64,000 bases of DNA, taken from NCBI GenBank assembly GCA_965221905.1, contig OZ244922.1, positions 160,001 through 224,000 on the forward strand, in the 5' to 3' direction. Below the pieces are notes generated by a model, which did not search any database, was not told where the DNA came from, and was given only the letters and a program-made list of their open reading frames with translations. Positions 1 to 10,162 of the stretch are shown here, in pieces (within the stretch, counting starts at the first letter, position 1; each line of letters opens with the position of its first letter). Both the position numbers and the translations under genes were made by a program. Source of the DNA: Chloroflexota bacterium. Its GTDB lineage: Bacteria; Chloroflexota; UBA11872; VXOZ01.

Positions 1-387
1 TAGCCGGATAATTGTTCTTACAAGCTCTACAGCCATTTTCTACTCGTCAACTGGCATGCCAATTCCCAAGACAATAGTTCACTAACGTCTACCAGGCCAT
101 AAGCCAACTATACTAAACCGTTGCGGATCGCATTACAATCGAGGCAAAGCAACTAACGGCAAGCCGAAGTCTAAAACGAATGAACGAGCCGGCAATGTAG
201 GATTCTTGGCTAAGTCTGCCCCGCTCGCATGTTGTCGAGATCTTGAAGAGCCACGCTTGGGTCATTTGAATATGTAGTGACCCGTCTGGGGAACGGTGAT
301 TACTTAAGTGCCGTAACTACGAACACTAGGCCCTTCTCATAGCAAATCGCGAATGCAGTGAGACTTCGCAAGCGGGGAAGGGCAGTC

Positions 388-1737
388 CTAGGAAGACGAA
401 GGCGTGGGGGTGGCTTGCGCGGACTGAATCTGCATTTGGATGGCGTTGTGGGTGTCGGCGGCGGCTTGCTGCGCGGTGGCTTGACCGGTGAGGACGGGGA
501 AGACGAGCGAGGCGAAGATGAGGAACGCAAGCCATTCCGGCGCATCGGCGTCGATGTATTGACTTTGCTCCATGCTTTCCAAGAGCACCAGCGAGTCATT
601 GACCGTAAGCGTCTGGTGCACGGAACGCAGCGTCTCCGCGCTAACGCGTATGGCGGGCATGCTCAGGATCAGAGAGGCTGCTTGCAGGAGTGGGTCCAGC
701 ACCTCGTAGGCAGCATCCGGTTGGTTGCTCTCCTGCGCCACGCCTGCCATGTGCTCCGTCATCCCCCACGTCGCCGCATCGTTGCCGCGAGGAACCTCGA
801 CGAGCTCAAGGGAAGCACGTCCGGCGCCGCGCCAAAAAACCTCTGCCTTGACCATACTACCCACCATGGCGATCTGGCCGGAAAGCATCATGTCCCGCGC
901 CTTGCCGGTAAGGTTAATAGTGAGATTGTCCGTGCGGTAATCTACGACGTTGAGGGGCGGCGCAACCTCATGGTGCAGGATCAAATTTGCTTGGAATTGT
1001 AACGCATCGATGACCCCGGGGTGCGTGACGTCCCAGTTGCGGTCTTGAAAGAGGGTGCTGCCATCTTGCCAAGCCATGGCAAAGAACGGCGGGACTAACG
1101 GTGCTTGTAACGTGCCCCAGACACGCGGCGTGGCAGTTTCGTCGTTGAGCGATTGAGCCAGCGTTAAGAAGTCCTGCCAGCTCCAGTTATCCTCCGGCAG
1201 AGGGGTATTCGATTGAGAAAAAAGCGCCGGGTTGTACAGCAGGGCACAAACCGACGCCGCAAGAGGGAGAGCATGCAGCGTACCGCGGTAGGCGCCGCTA
1301 CTTAGGATGTGCGGCCAGAAGTTATCAGTAGAGAAATCAATATCACGACGCGTATACTCGGTGAGCTCGCGCGTCACGCCTTGTTGTGCCAGAGTAGGCA
1401 ACGCGAACTGGTCCATCCAAACAAGATCGGGGCGGGTGCCGGCTGCCGCCAATTGCGTAACAGCTTCAGAATACGTCTGACCGCCCGTAGGCCGCAGCGC
1501 CACCGGCTCGACTGTATACTGCTCGGCGAAGGTCGCTTCCTCGAGCACCGTCCCCATTTCACCAGTCTGGTCGCCGGAGGCATCGGGCATGAGCAGCGTA
1601 AGAGCCGTGGCGGGCGTGACGGTTGCTGATGTCCCAAGGGACTCTTCCGTCTCCGAATCATCCGACGAGAAAGGCCCACAAGCACCAACAATTGCAGGCA
1701 CAAAGGGCGCCAAAAATAGCAGCTTTCGTCGCGTCAC
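388..1737 (-). CDS. ABC transporter extracellular solute-binding protein (sugar-binding family 1), Tat/lipoprotein
   Basis: GTG at 1737 after GGAGG gives VTRRKLLF...VGAC (twin-Arg plus lipobox); PDLVWMD and LLYNPALF motifs typical of CUT1 binding proteins. Confidence 0.8.
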   Translation of the reverse strand: MTRRKLLFLAPFVPAIVGACGPFSSDDSETEESLGTSATVTPATALTLLMPDASGDQTGEMGTVLEEATFAEQYTVEPVALRPTGGQTYSEAVTQLAAAGTRPDLVWMDQFALPTLAQQGVTRELTEYTRRDIDFSTDNFWPHILSSGAYRGTLHALPLAASVCALLYNPALFSQSNTPLPEDNWSWQDFLTLAQSLNDETATPRVWGTLQAPLVPPFFAMAWQDGSTLFQDRNWDVTHPGVIDALQFQANLILHHEVAPPLNVVDYRTDNLTINLTGKARDMMLSGQIAMVGSMVKAEVFWRGAGRASLELVEVPRGNDAATWGMTEHMAGVAQESNQPDAAYEVLDPLLQAASLILSMPAIRVSAETLRSVHQTLTVNDSLVLLESMEQSQYIDADAPEWLAFLIFASLVFPVLTGQATAQQAAADTHNAIQMQIQSAQATPTPSSS

Positions 1738-2102
1738 TGCGGACTTGCCTCCAAGCAGCCGGGGATAGCTCGCGGTAATATCAGTCTCGCCTCGCCCTGC
1801 GTGGGCAATACGCGGAAGGACACCCACGCGCCACCGCTCGTACACATCGTTGTGCTTTGCTCCCGTGTCACTTTGCGCTGTCTCGAATTCTCTGCCGAAC
1901 TAGAGATCAGTACTACTCCTAAGCATGCTTGAGAAAGCTGGGAATTTCCTGAGATTCACACGTAGCCGTGCAAATTAACCGCCGTTTGCCCTTTACCAAG
2001 CTATTTGTTGCTGCAAACACCTGACCGCCCGCGAGGGCAACAAAGCGTCTTCTATCGTTCATCGTATCACGTGGACACGGCTGGTATACGTTGGCTCCGC
2101 GG

Positions 2103-3362
2103 TCAGACCTCGCGGGCGGCGATATCCCTGCGATAGTAAGCATTCTCAAACGAAATGCGTTCGATGTTGGCGTAGGCGCGTGCACGCGCTTTAGGAACGT
2201 TGGCAGCTTGTCCTACCGTTATGAGCACCCGGCCCCCGGCAGTGACGACCGTGTCGTTTGCCAAAGCGGTGCCGGCATGGAAGAGCAGCACGTCGTCATG
2301 GATGGTATCCAGTCCTGATATGGGGTAGCCGGTGGTATAGGAGGCGGGGTAACCGCCGGAGGCGACCACCACACCGCAGGTGGCGGCGGGATCCCAGGTG
2401 ACATCGGCTTCCGGCAGCCGTCCTTCTACTGCCGCCTGAAACACGGTTACCAGGTCGGCCTGCAAGCGCGGCAAAATGAGTTGCGCTTCGGGGTCGCCGA
2501 ATCGCACGTTGAACTCTACGATGCGGGGTCCGTCGTTGGTAAGCATTAGTTGACCGTAGAGGACGCCGACGTATGGGTGCCCTTCCTGTGCCATAAGCGT
2601 GATGGTGCGCTCCATGATCTCGTGATGGATGTAGTCCAGAGTCTCCGGGTCCACGAACGGGGCCGGTGAATAGCCGCCCATGCCGCCGGTGTTGGGACCG
2701 GTGTCGCCGTCGAAGGCGCGCTTGTAGTCGCAAGCGGTCGCGAGCGGAGTAATGTGCGTGCCGTCGGCAAAGGCGAAGACCGAAATCTCGGTGCCGCGTA
2801 AGCACTCCTCGATCACGATGCGGTCGCCGGATTCGCCAAAATCGCGGCTCTCCATAATGGAGTGCAACGCTTGCTCGGTCTCGGTGGAGGAGGTGCACAC
2901 GAACACGCCTTTGCCGGCAGTCAAGCCATCGGGCTTGATCACGATCGGCAGGGGCGCTTGCTCCAGGTAGGCTGCCGCCGCTTCCCGCTGATCGAAAACG
3001 GCGAAATCGGCCGTAGGCAGTCCGTGCCGTTGCATGAACTCCTTCGACCAGACTTTGCTCCACTCCAGTTTCGCCGCTTCCCGCGTGGGGCCGAATGCTG
3101 CCTGATTACAGGCTTGCAACGCGTCCACCGCGCCGAGCGCCAGCGGATCGTCTTGGGCAACCACCGTGAGGTCTATGGCGTTGGCCTGCACCCACTTGAC
3201 GAGAGATTCAATGTCAGTTGCCGCAATGGGCACGTTCTCCGCCAGAGCGGCCGTGCCGGCATTGCCGGGCGCAACGAAGAGCGTCGGCTTTAGCGGACTC
3301 TGCGCACACTTCCACGCAATCGCGTGCTCTCTTCCACCCCCGCCGACAATTAGGATGCGCAT
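2103..3362 (-). CDS. purD: phosphoribosylamine--glycine ligase
   Basis: MRILIVGGGGREHAIAW, APGNAGT, GPNTGGMG, EFNVRFGDPE, GGRVL motifs. Confidence 0.97.
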   Translation of the reverse strand: MRILIVGGGGREHAIAWKCAQSPLKPTLFVAPGNAGTAALAENVPIAATDIESLVKWVQANAIDLTVVAQDDPLALGAVDALQACNQAAFGPTREAAKLEWSKVWSKEFMQRHGLPTADFAVFDQREAAAAYLEQAPLPIVIKPDGLTAGKGVFVCTSSTETEQALHSIMESRDFGESGDRIVIEECLRGTEISVFAFADGTHITPLATACDYKRAFDGDTGPNTGGMGGYSPAPFVDPETLDYIHHEIMERTITLMAQEGHPYVGVLYGQLMLTNDGPRIVEFNVRFGDPEAQLILPRLQADLVTVFQAAVEGRLPEADVTWDPAATCGVVVASGGYPASYTTGYPISGLDTIHDDVLLFHAGTALANDTVVTAGGRVLITVGQAANVPKARARAYANIERISFENAYYRRDIAAREV

Positions 3363-3369
3363 AGGCCGG

Positions 3370-3753
3370 TTACTCCAACGCTAGCAGTCCTTCACGGAAG
3401 TCGACGACCAAGCGCTCGCCGCGCAAGAAATCCAATCCCAACACGCCGTCTATCCCGGCGCGGGATGGCAGCGTGTGGCAAACAACGCGCATGTTGGTTG
3501 CCGCTTTCCCCAACGCCTCGATCCTTTCGACGCTTAGCAATGGCACGGACACGGCGCCGCTGCCAGTGATGATGCATACGTCTTCTCCCATTGCATAGAG
3601 ATCAAACCCAAGAGATTGAGCAACTTCCTTACTAATGACCGTTCGCGTTGCGCCGGTATCGAGAGCTAATCGAGCGGTTTCAGGACTATTCCCACGTTAG
3701 AGCCGGGTAGGAACAATAATGAGATTACTGCGTGGATCGAAACGGAAGCTCAT
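3370..3753 (-). pseudogene. retropepsin-like (clan AA) aspartyl protease with in-frame stop
   Basis: ATG 3753: MSFRFDPRSNLIIVPTRL*RGNSPETARLALDTGATRTVIS...GVLGLDFL; DTGA motif; TAA at 3697-3699. Confidence 0.8.
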
Positions 3754-4001
3754 ATAAGTATTTCTACATCATCCGGAATGTCGCCAAAAAACCAGACCGC
3801 CCAATGACTAGGAGCGTTGCCCTCCTCTTGCAGCCGCCACAGCGCCTGATAGACGACTACCCGGTCTTCGTCGTGAACGAGAACGGCACCGCGTATCACC
3901 TCATTCATCGCCGTGAGATCGGGTTCGCCAATCAGCACCCATTCTCCGTCGAATGCCGCTTCCATCTCCGCATAGGTCATTGTTTCAGCTTGAGTCTTCA
4001 T
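3750..4001 (-). CDS. small DUF5678-like protein, partner of the aspartyl protease
   Basis: 83 aa, FDGEWVLI...GAVLVHDEDR pattern; GGAGG RBS; stop overlaps the protease ATG (ATGA). Confidence 0.6.
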   Translation of the reverse strand: MKTQAETMTYAEMEAAFDGEWVLIGEPDLTAMNEVIRGAVLVHDEDRVVVYQALWRLQEEGNAPSHWAVWFFGDIPDDVEILI

Positions 4002-4398
4002 GTTGCATGCGCCTCCTTGACTTTGACACCTAAATGCTACCAGATAGGCAGCGCCATGCGCGACGACTAACAAGATGGAAAACCAATTTGATCGCCGCAA
4101 AAGGCACAGCAGTGTCTGCGCAAGTTCTAGGCATCGATCGCCCTGTACGCCGTCGCGCGGAGAGCGCGAAGGGAAGCGATTGGAAGTGCATACTCCCCCA
4201 ATCTCTGTTCATGCTTACACAAGCTCAGCGCGAACGGTCGAGGAGTCCAGTCTGTCTTGATGCAACGGCTTGTGCCTGCGAGGATTTGTGCCTGCGAGGA
4301 CAAGAGTAGTCCACTTGGTTTTGCGGTTGACAAAGTTTATCCATGCTCGCTATAAATGGTGGCAGAATGTGTCACTGGCGAGTAATGGAGGCTTCGTT

Positions 4399-5772
4399 AT
4401 GAACGAGTACATCACTCGAAGGACGTTCTTAGCCGGCACGACCGTGCTCGGAGCGGGCGTGCTGGCGGCGGCGTGCGGACAGCCTGCGCCAGCCATGGAA
4501 GAGCAAGAGATGGCGCCGGAGAAGAAGGAAGAGGCTCAGGCGGAAGCGGAAGCTCCTTCCGGGCCGCAGGGCGAGGCGCTCTACTGGCACCGCGGCTTCT
4601 TTGATTTCGAGCCGTTTGCCGCCGAGTTCGCGGACCTGAATCCCGGCCTAACCTTTAACGCCGTGGGCGAAGCCGACCGCTTGAACAAATTCGTTGCGGC
4701 AGTGGCGGCGGGCAGTCCGCCCGATGCCGTGGACGTGGGCGACTGGCAGACGGTAGAGCTCGGCCTCACGGATATTTCCCAGCCGTTGAACAATTACTAC
4801 AAAGCATCAGGGGTGCTCAATATTGCGGAATTCTGGCCCAGCGTGCTGAGCTATCTCACCGATGCGCCGACGGGCAATTTGTACGGCGCGCCCTATGCGC
4901 CCGACTTGCGCGTGATGTATATCCATGGGGATACCTATCTCGAAGTTGGCCTGGATCCCGAGAATCCGCCGTCGAGCTGGTCCGATTTCGACACCGCCAT
5001 CCTCCAAACCACGAAGTTCGATGGCGACACCTTGGTACGCGCCGGGTGCCCGCCTTTCTGGGGCAGTGGCGGCACCGCGCTCTGGCTCCTGCTGCTCTGG
5101 CAGTTAGGCGGCGACGTAATGGCCGACGACTGGTCTGCCGTAACGATTAACAGCCCCGAAGCCGTCAGGTCGTTGGACTGGCTGAAGAACATCCACGACG
5201 TGCAGGGCGGCTGGGACGCCATCGCCCAACTGCGGGGCGACGGACTGCACCGCAATAGCCACCTGGCCGAAGCGCGTGCGGTGCACTATTACGCGACCTT
5301 CGCCGAGCGCGGGCAGTGGTTCAAGGAAAACGCGCCGGACCTGAACTTCGGCTTCACGCCCTGGCCCAAGCCGGAGGGCGGACTGGACGCGAACCTGGGC
5401 GGCAATCACACCGCCACGTTTGCCGTCAACGCGCCAAATCCGGACGCGATGTTCAGTTGGGTTGAGTACTTCTTAAGCGCGGAGACGAACCTGCGCTTTG
5501 CCAAGCAGTTCGACCGTGTGCCGGTGCGCGAGGCCACTACCTCCTCACCGGAGTACACGGAGAACGATCCGTTCCGCGAACTGATCGCCCAACAGATGCC
5601 ATTCCGCCACTTTTACTACTCCGGGCCGGGCGCTACGGAAGCGCGCAACCACTCGAGGGACTTCGTGCCGGACGTGATGGCGGGCAATATCACCGCGCCG
5701 GAGGCGCTCGAAAACGCCGAGAAGCAAATCACGGAGCTCCTGGCGGGCTGGAACGAGCGCCTGGGACGGTAA
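4399..5772 (+). CDS. ABC transporter extracellular solute-binding protein, Tat lipoprotein
   Basis: MNEYITRRTFLAG...LAAAC; GSPPDAVD; GGAGG RBS before ATG 4399. Confidence 0.85.
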   Translation: MNEYITRRTFLAGTTVLGAGVLAAACGQPAPAMEEQEMAPEKKEEAQAEAEAPSGPQGEALYWHRGFFDFEPFAAEFADLNPGLTFNAVGEADRLNKFVAAVAAGSPPDAVDVGDWQTVELGLTDISQPLNNYYKASGVLNIAEFWPSVLSYLTDAPTGNLYGAPYAPDLRVMYIHGDTYLEVGLDPENPPSSWSDFDTAILQTTKFDGDTLVRAGCPPFWGSGGTALWLLLLWQLGGDVMADDWSAVTINSPEAVRSLDWLKNIHDVQGGWDAIAQLRGDGLHRNSHLAEARAVHYYATFAERGQWFKENAPDLNFGFTPWPKPEGGLDANLGGNHTATFAVNAPNPDAMFSWVEYFLSAETNLRFAKQFDRVPVREATTSSPEYTENDPFRELIAQQMPFRHFYYSGPGATEARNHSRDFVPDVMAGNITAPEALENAEKQITELLAGWNERLGR

Positions 5773-5801
5773 CAAGCCGGCTAGGACGAGACGCTATTGC
5801 G

Positions 5802-5835
5802 GATGAGGAAAGGAACTCCGTGCCCCTTCCTCATC
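5802..5835 (+). terminator. stem-loop downstream of the solute-binding protein gene
   Basis: gatgaggaaagg...ccccttcctcatc inverted repeat; no U-tract. Confidence 0.35.
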
Positions 5836-6101
5836 TCGCCGTGCGCATCTTCCCCTCTCCTCTTAAAGACCAATGGGCACCCATTGCAAACCAATGGGCA
5901 CCCACTGGGGCTGAGACGCGAGAGGCTTCGGGGGAATCGGCCCTTGTTCCGGCACTGTATGGGGCTCCGGCTGCAGTACGACACGCCGGACCGCTTGAGG
6001 ATACGTCGATTTCGAGCGGAGTCTGCGCAGCGGCGGTTAAGCGAGCGACTTTCCAGAGAGTCGCTGAGGCAGTTTGAACCCAAATACCCTAAGAGAGGCG
6101 T

Positions 6102-7265
6102 ATGAATACACAACCTGACACACCATACGATCTGGTAATCCACGCGGGTCGGGTTATCTGCCCGGCAACCGGACTGGACGGGGCCGGCGCAGTGGCACTG
6201 CGCGGCGACCGCATTGCCGCAGTGCTGGATTCCGTGGAAAGTGCCGCGCTGACGCAAGATTCCGCGCGGCAGACTCTCTCTTTTCCCGATGGCATCCTGC
6301 TCCCCGGCCTGGTGGACGCGCATGCGCATCCGGCGCTGTCGGGTTCCAAGTACGGCATTGATCCCGATGCGCACATCCTGCCGTTTGGCTCTACCACGGT
6401 GCTATCGCAAGGCGATGCCGGAGCAAGGAATTGGGCGCGCTACAAGGAAGAAACAATTGCGGGCAGCCGCACCCGCATTCTCATGGCCCTCAACCTATCG
6501 GCCTCCGGCGAATCCAATGAAGAAGGCTGCTTTGCCGATCTGGCCGACGCCGATGTGAACGCCTGCGTGGGGACCGTCATGCAGGAACCCGGACTCATCT
6601 GGGGCATTGCCCTGAATGTTGGCCCTACTAACTGCCGCGAGAACGACCCCCGCAAGGTCGTGGCCCACGGGTTGGCGGCCGCCGAGCGCACGAAAAAACC
6701 CTTGCTCATCGGCCAGCGCCGCCACGACGACTGGGCGCTGGCGGAGCAATTCAACCTGCTGCGTCCCGGGGACGTGGTAACGTACTGCTACCATGCGCGA
6801 GCGGGGAGCATTGTGGCTGACGGGCGCGTGCTCGACTGCGTGTGGGCCGCCCGCGACCGCGGCATCCTCTTCGATCTCGGCCACGGCATGGATTCGTTCA
6901 ACTTTGAGATCGCTACGATCGCTATTGCCGAGGGATTCCTGCCGGATACCATCTCCGGCGACGTCTACGCCCGCCACAGCGGCGCGACGCCGCGCCACCA
7001 CCTCCCGCTGGTGATGTCGAAGCTCCGTGCCGCCGGCATGCGGGAGGCCGACATCTGGCCCCGCGTGACATCGCGTCCCGCCGCGCTCCTCGGCCAAGAA
7101 AACGAGCTTGGCGTGCTGACGCCGGGAGCATGCGCCGACCTGGCCGTACTGCGTTGGCACGACGAACCGCAGGCGCTCCGCGACGCCGCCGGCAACGAAT
7201 ACTACGGCGGGGTGTGGGATCCGGTGCTCACCGTCCGCGGCGGCGAAGTTGTCAGCAGCCCGTAG
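6102..7265 (+). CDS. metal-dependent amidohydrolase (dihydroorotase-like/deacetylase family)
   Basis: PGLVDAHAH, LRPGDVVTYCY, FDLGHG, PDTISGD, ADLAVL. Confidence 0.85.
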   Translation: MNTQPDTPYDLVIHAGRVICPATGLDGAGAVALRGDRIAAVLDSVESAALTQDSARQTLSFPDGILLPGLVDAHAHPALSGSKYGIDPDAHILPFGSTTVLSQGDAGARNWARYKEETIAGSRTRILMALNLSASGESNEEGCFADLADADVNACVGTVMQEPGLIWGIALNVGPTNCRENDPRKVVAHGLAAAERTKKPLLIGQRRHDDWALAEQFNLLRPGDVVTYCYHARAGSIVADGRVLDCVWAARDRGILFDLGHGMDSFNFEIATIAIAEGFLPDTISGDVYARHSGATPRHHLPLVMSKLRAAGMREADIWPRVTSRPAALLGQENELGVLTPGACADLAVLRWHDEPQALRDAAGNEYYGGVWDPVLTVRGGEVVSSP

Positions 7266-7408
7266 TGCCCCTGCGGCAACCGGCCTGCTGCACTGCGCCT
7301 ATCTTCAACGCGACAACTTTATAGAATTACGCTACCTTGCTAATTCGCCGATTTCTTAGCACGGTCCGCGCATTGCAGTGCGGAATCTGAGAAGGGATTT
7401 TTGCGGTA

Positions 7409-8200
7409 GTGCTTGACACTTCTGATTACACTCCGGTGGCGCCGCATTATGACGCCAGTCGCAACATGCCTGAGGGCCTCCTGCTGACGTGCTTTCAACG
7501 CATCTTCGCAAAGGCAGCTTTCCCTGAGAAGAGCCGCATTCTCGACGCGGGCTGCGGCACGGCCCAGTTGTCCCTACCGTTGATTAAGAGCGGCCATAGC
7601 GTTGTTGGGGTAGACGTATCACACGCTATGCTGGAAATTGCCCGTCAAAAACTGGCGCCGGGCGATGCCGCAGAATTCAGGCTGGGCGATGTTCGATCTC
7701 TGGAAGATCCGGACGATTCCTATGATGCGGTGGTCGTTTCTAAGCTCTTTCAGCATGTTGGGAATTGGCGGTCAGCAGTCGACGAGCTCTTGCGGGTGAC
7801 GAAGGACAGCGGCCTTTTCATGCACATCAATGAAAGAGGCGCTTTCAAGCATGCGGTACGAAGGCAGTTCTCCGCTGATTGTGCGCAACGCGGCTACACG
7901 GACCTCTACGTTGGCATCAAAGACCGCAGCCAACTTGGCGCGCATCTCATTGAAAAGGGAGCAACGCCGCTTGCAATCGACACGCGCGGTCTGGCATGGG
8001 AGAAGACCATCACGTACAAGACCGCGCTTGAACACCTTAGGCAAAAGCTCCATTCGGAGTTCTGGGCGATCCCTGACAAAGTGTATGACCAAGTCTTGGC
8101 AGAGGTGCAGGAATGGGTGCGCGCGCAGCCGGAGGGCGAGGATACCGTCGAAACAGTGCGCCCTTATCTGGCGGCTGAAGTGTTCACTATCAGAAAGTAG
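7409..8200 (+). CDS. class I SAM-dependent methyltransferase
   Basis: ILDAGCGTA, VVGVDVSHAML motifs. Confidence 0.85.
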   Translation: MLDTSDYTPVAPHYDASRNMPEGLLLTCFQRIFAKAAFPEKSRILDAGCGTAQLSLPLIKSGHSVVGVDVSHAMLEIARQKLAPGDAAEFRLGDVRSLEDPDDSYDAVVVSKLFQHVGNWRSAVDELLRVTKDSGLFMHINERGAFKHAVRRQFSADCAQRGYTDLYVGIKDRSQLGAHLIEKGATPLAIDTRGLAWEKTITYKTALEHLRQKLHSEFWAIPDKVYDQVLAEVQEWVRAQPEGEDTVETVRPYLAAEVFTIRK

Positions 8201-8385
8201 CCCGTGGGAACAGGCGCAGGGCACTGCTAGAGAAGCTTGGAACCGGTACCAACCAGAAAGATAGCCTTCGTAGCGCTGCTTGCTCCTGCAGAGCCTGCCC
8301 ACCCTGCGGGGACATCGCGCTTCCGCCAATAAGATGATTGCCGTTCCGCGAACACATGCCCCAAGCGCAATGCGTCTCCCGCAAG

Positions 8386-9150
8386 CTATATCCCTGCTTG
8401 CACCCAGGCGCAGAAGCGGCGGTCGAGGAACTCGATAAAGGCATAGAGGCTGAGGCCCAGCGCGGCCATGGCAACGATGCCCGCATACATGGCAGGATAG
8501 TCCACCCGTCCCCACGACTGCACGACGATGAAATAGCCCAGGCCGCTGCGCGTGGCAAAGGTCTCCGTGAAGAAGAGCACCGCAATGGCTGTTCCGCTGG
8601 TGATGCGCAGCGCACTAAGGATCGAGGGCAGCACGGCTGGAAAGTAGACGTGCCGCAGCAAATGGCGGCGGCGCGCGCCCAGCGAGCGCACCGAGAGGAT
8701 GAGTTCCGGCCGCACCGCATAGGCGGCATCGCGGGTGAGCACGAGAATCTGAAAGTATAGGATGAGGCTGATGATGAAGATCTTCGAGGCCTCGCCGATC
8801 CCCAGAAAGAGCATGATGATGGGCAGCAGCACGATCTTGGGCACCGGGTAGATGAGGTAGATGAGCGGGCTGGCAATGCGGTCGATCAGCGGCGCCTGGC
8901 CCACTGCCATCCCAGCAGGCGCAGCGAGAATCACGGCAATGATGATGCTCAGCACCACGCGGTAGCCGCTGAAGAGCAGGTGCTCCCAGAGACCGGCAGA
9001 CCACTCGCGTATGAAGGCTTGCGCCACCACCCACGGCAGCGGCAGAATCGGATTCCCGATCAACAGCGCCGCTAGCGCCCATACCCCCACCAGCGCCACA
9101 ACAGCGGCGAGCACAAACGGCGGCGTGATGCGGGCACGCGGAGCGAGCAT
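8386..9150 (-). CDS. ABC transporter permease, NitT/TauT/SsuC family
   Basis: YPVPKIVLLP, SLGARRRHLLRHVYFPAVLP (EAA-like loop), multiple hydrophobic segments; start set at ATG 9150. Confidence 0.85.
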   Translation of the reverse strand: MLAPRARITPPFVLAAVVALVGVWALAALLIGNPILPLPWVVAQAFIREWSAGLWEHLLFSGYRVVLSIIIAVILAAPAGMAVGQAPLIDRIASPLIYLIYPVPKIVLLPIIMLFLGIGEASKIFIISLILYFQILVLTRDAAYAVRPELILSVRSLGARRRHLLRHVYFPAVLPSILSALRITSGTAIAVLFFTETFATRSGLGYFIVVQSWGRVDYPAMYAGIVAMAALGLSLYAFIEFLDRRFCAWVQAGI

Positions 9151-9233
9151 TTTGGTTGAGGCTTCCCTCTCATGTTTGCCCCGCAACACTTGTATTTTGG
9201 CATCGGGACGGGGGCTGCTTCCCGAAAGACGTT

Positions 9234-9588
9234 CTACTCCGAATGCTCCAAGTCTGTCTGTACTCGCACCAGATGCTTCTTCACAGCAGGCAGATCTACA
9301 GTGAGTATCCTCCATACCTGTTCTACGATAATCCCGTAATACCTGTGAATCAGCACGTCGCGCAAGCCAGCGACCTTTTGCCAAGGAATGTCAGTGCCTT
9401 TCGCGGACCGCTGGGGGAATGTGCTTTGCGGCCTCACCAATTATCTCTAAACGACGGAACACCGCATCTTGCAGAAGAGAGTCTTCTTCAAATCCATCTG
9501 TGTCCATCCTGGCAAGGTAATTCTCTATCTTCTCAATGCTCTCCAGCATGTCCTGCACGAATAGGCCGACGCCCCGCTCCTCACTCAT
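9234..9588 (-). pseudogene. HepT-like (DUF86) HEPN toxin, frameshifted
   Basis: N-half ...DAVFRRLEIIGEAAKHIP...RERH* and C-half DIPWQKVAGLRDVLIHRYY (RxxxxH) lie in different frames; shift near 9393. Confidence 0.85.
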
Positions 9589-9896
9589 AAGAGAGGAACC
9601 TCTTCGCTAAGTATGCGGTCGCGCAGGAGTGGCTTTATGGCAGCGTATTGCACCAGATCAACACGCCGTTCCAAAACCTCTTCGAGTTCAAGCTTAATCC
9701 CGATAAAGTCGAATAAGCTTGCCTGCCCGTCAAGCTCTACTAGGATATCGACATCACTCTCCGGCGTCGCCTCACCGCGCACGAACGACCCAAACATGCC
9801 CGCACGCTTAATACCATGCCGCCGCAAAACGGGGAGAATACGCTCCCGGATGTCTAGTGCGTCTGCAGCCTGATTGCTACTCGAATTCGTCGCCAC
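9585..9896 (-). CDS. MntA-like minimal nucleotidyltransferase antitoxin
   Basis: FGSFVRGEATPESDVDILVE motif; GTG 9896 after GGAGG; ATGA overlap with the HepT gene. Confidence 0.88.
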   Translation of the reverse strand: MATNSSSNQAADALDIRERILPVLRRHGIKRAGMFGSFVRGEATPESDVDILVELDGQASLFDFIGIKLELEEVLERRVDLVQYAAIKPLLRDRILSEEVPLL

Positions 9897-10071
9897 GATG
9901 TTCCTCCGCTCCATGTCGCTGAAGCTGCCCGCCTGCCAAAGACCGTTTCTCTCGCCGTACCTCTGCGATTGCATGGGCCACCACGCGTTCGATCTCCTCT
10001 TACAACACACCCGCGAACGGCTCTCGCATCTCCGCCAGTACCTTGAGCTGCGCTCGACGTTCTTGTTCCAC
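9877..10071 (-). pseudogene. degraded antitoxin-like fragment
   Basis: VEQERRAQLKVLAEMREPFAGVL*EEIERVVAHAIAEVRREKR resembles C-terminal helices of Phd/AbrB-type antitoxins; TAA at 10000-10002. Confidence 0.4.
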
Positions 10072-10162
10072 ACAATCTCCGTGTTATAGTCCTTCGCCTT
10101 CGGTCAATTCACTTAAGCCCTTGTAATTCTTAGTTTTCGTACAATTTCGTACACTATACTAT

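Noticed and set aside
1-387. Feature at the window start
   Set aside because: AT-richer stretch with no ORF or RNA motif that I can support.
8386-9384. 332-aa permease as given in the ORF track
   Set aside because: The N-terminal extension overlaps the HepT pseudogene; the start is better placed at 9150.
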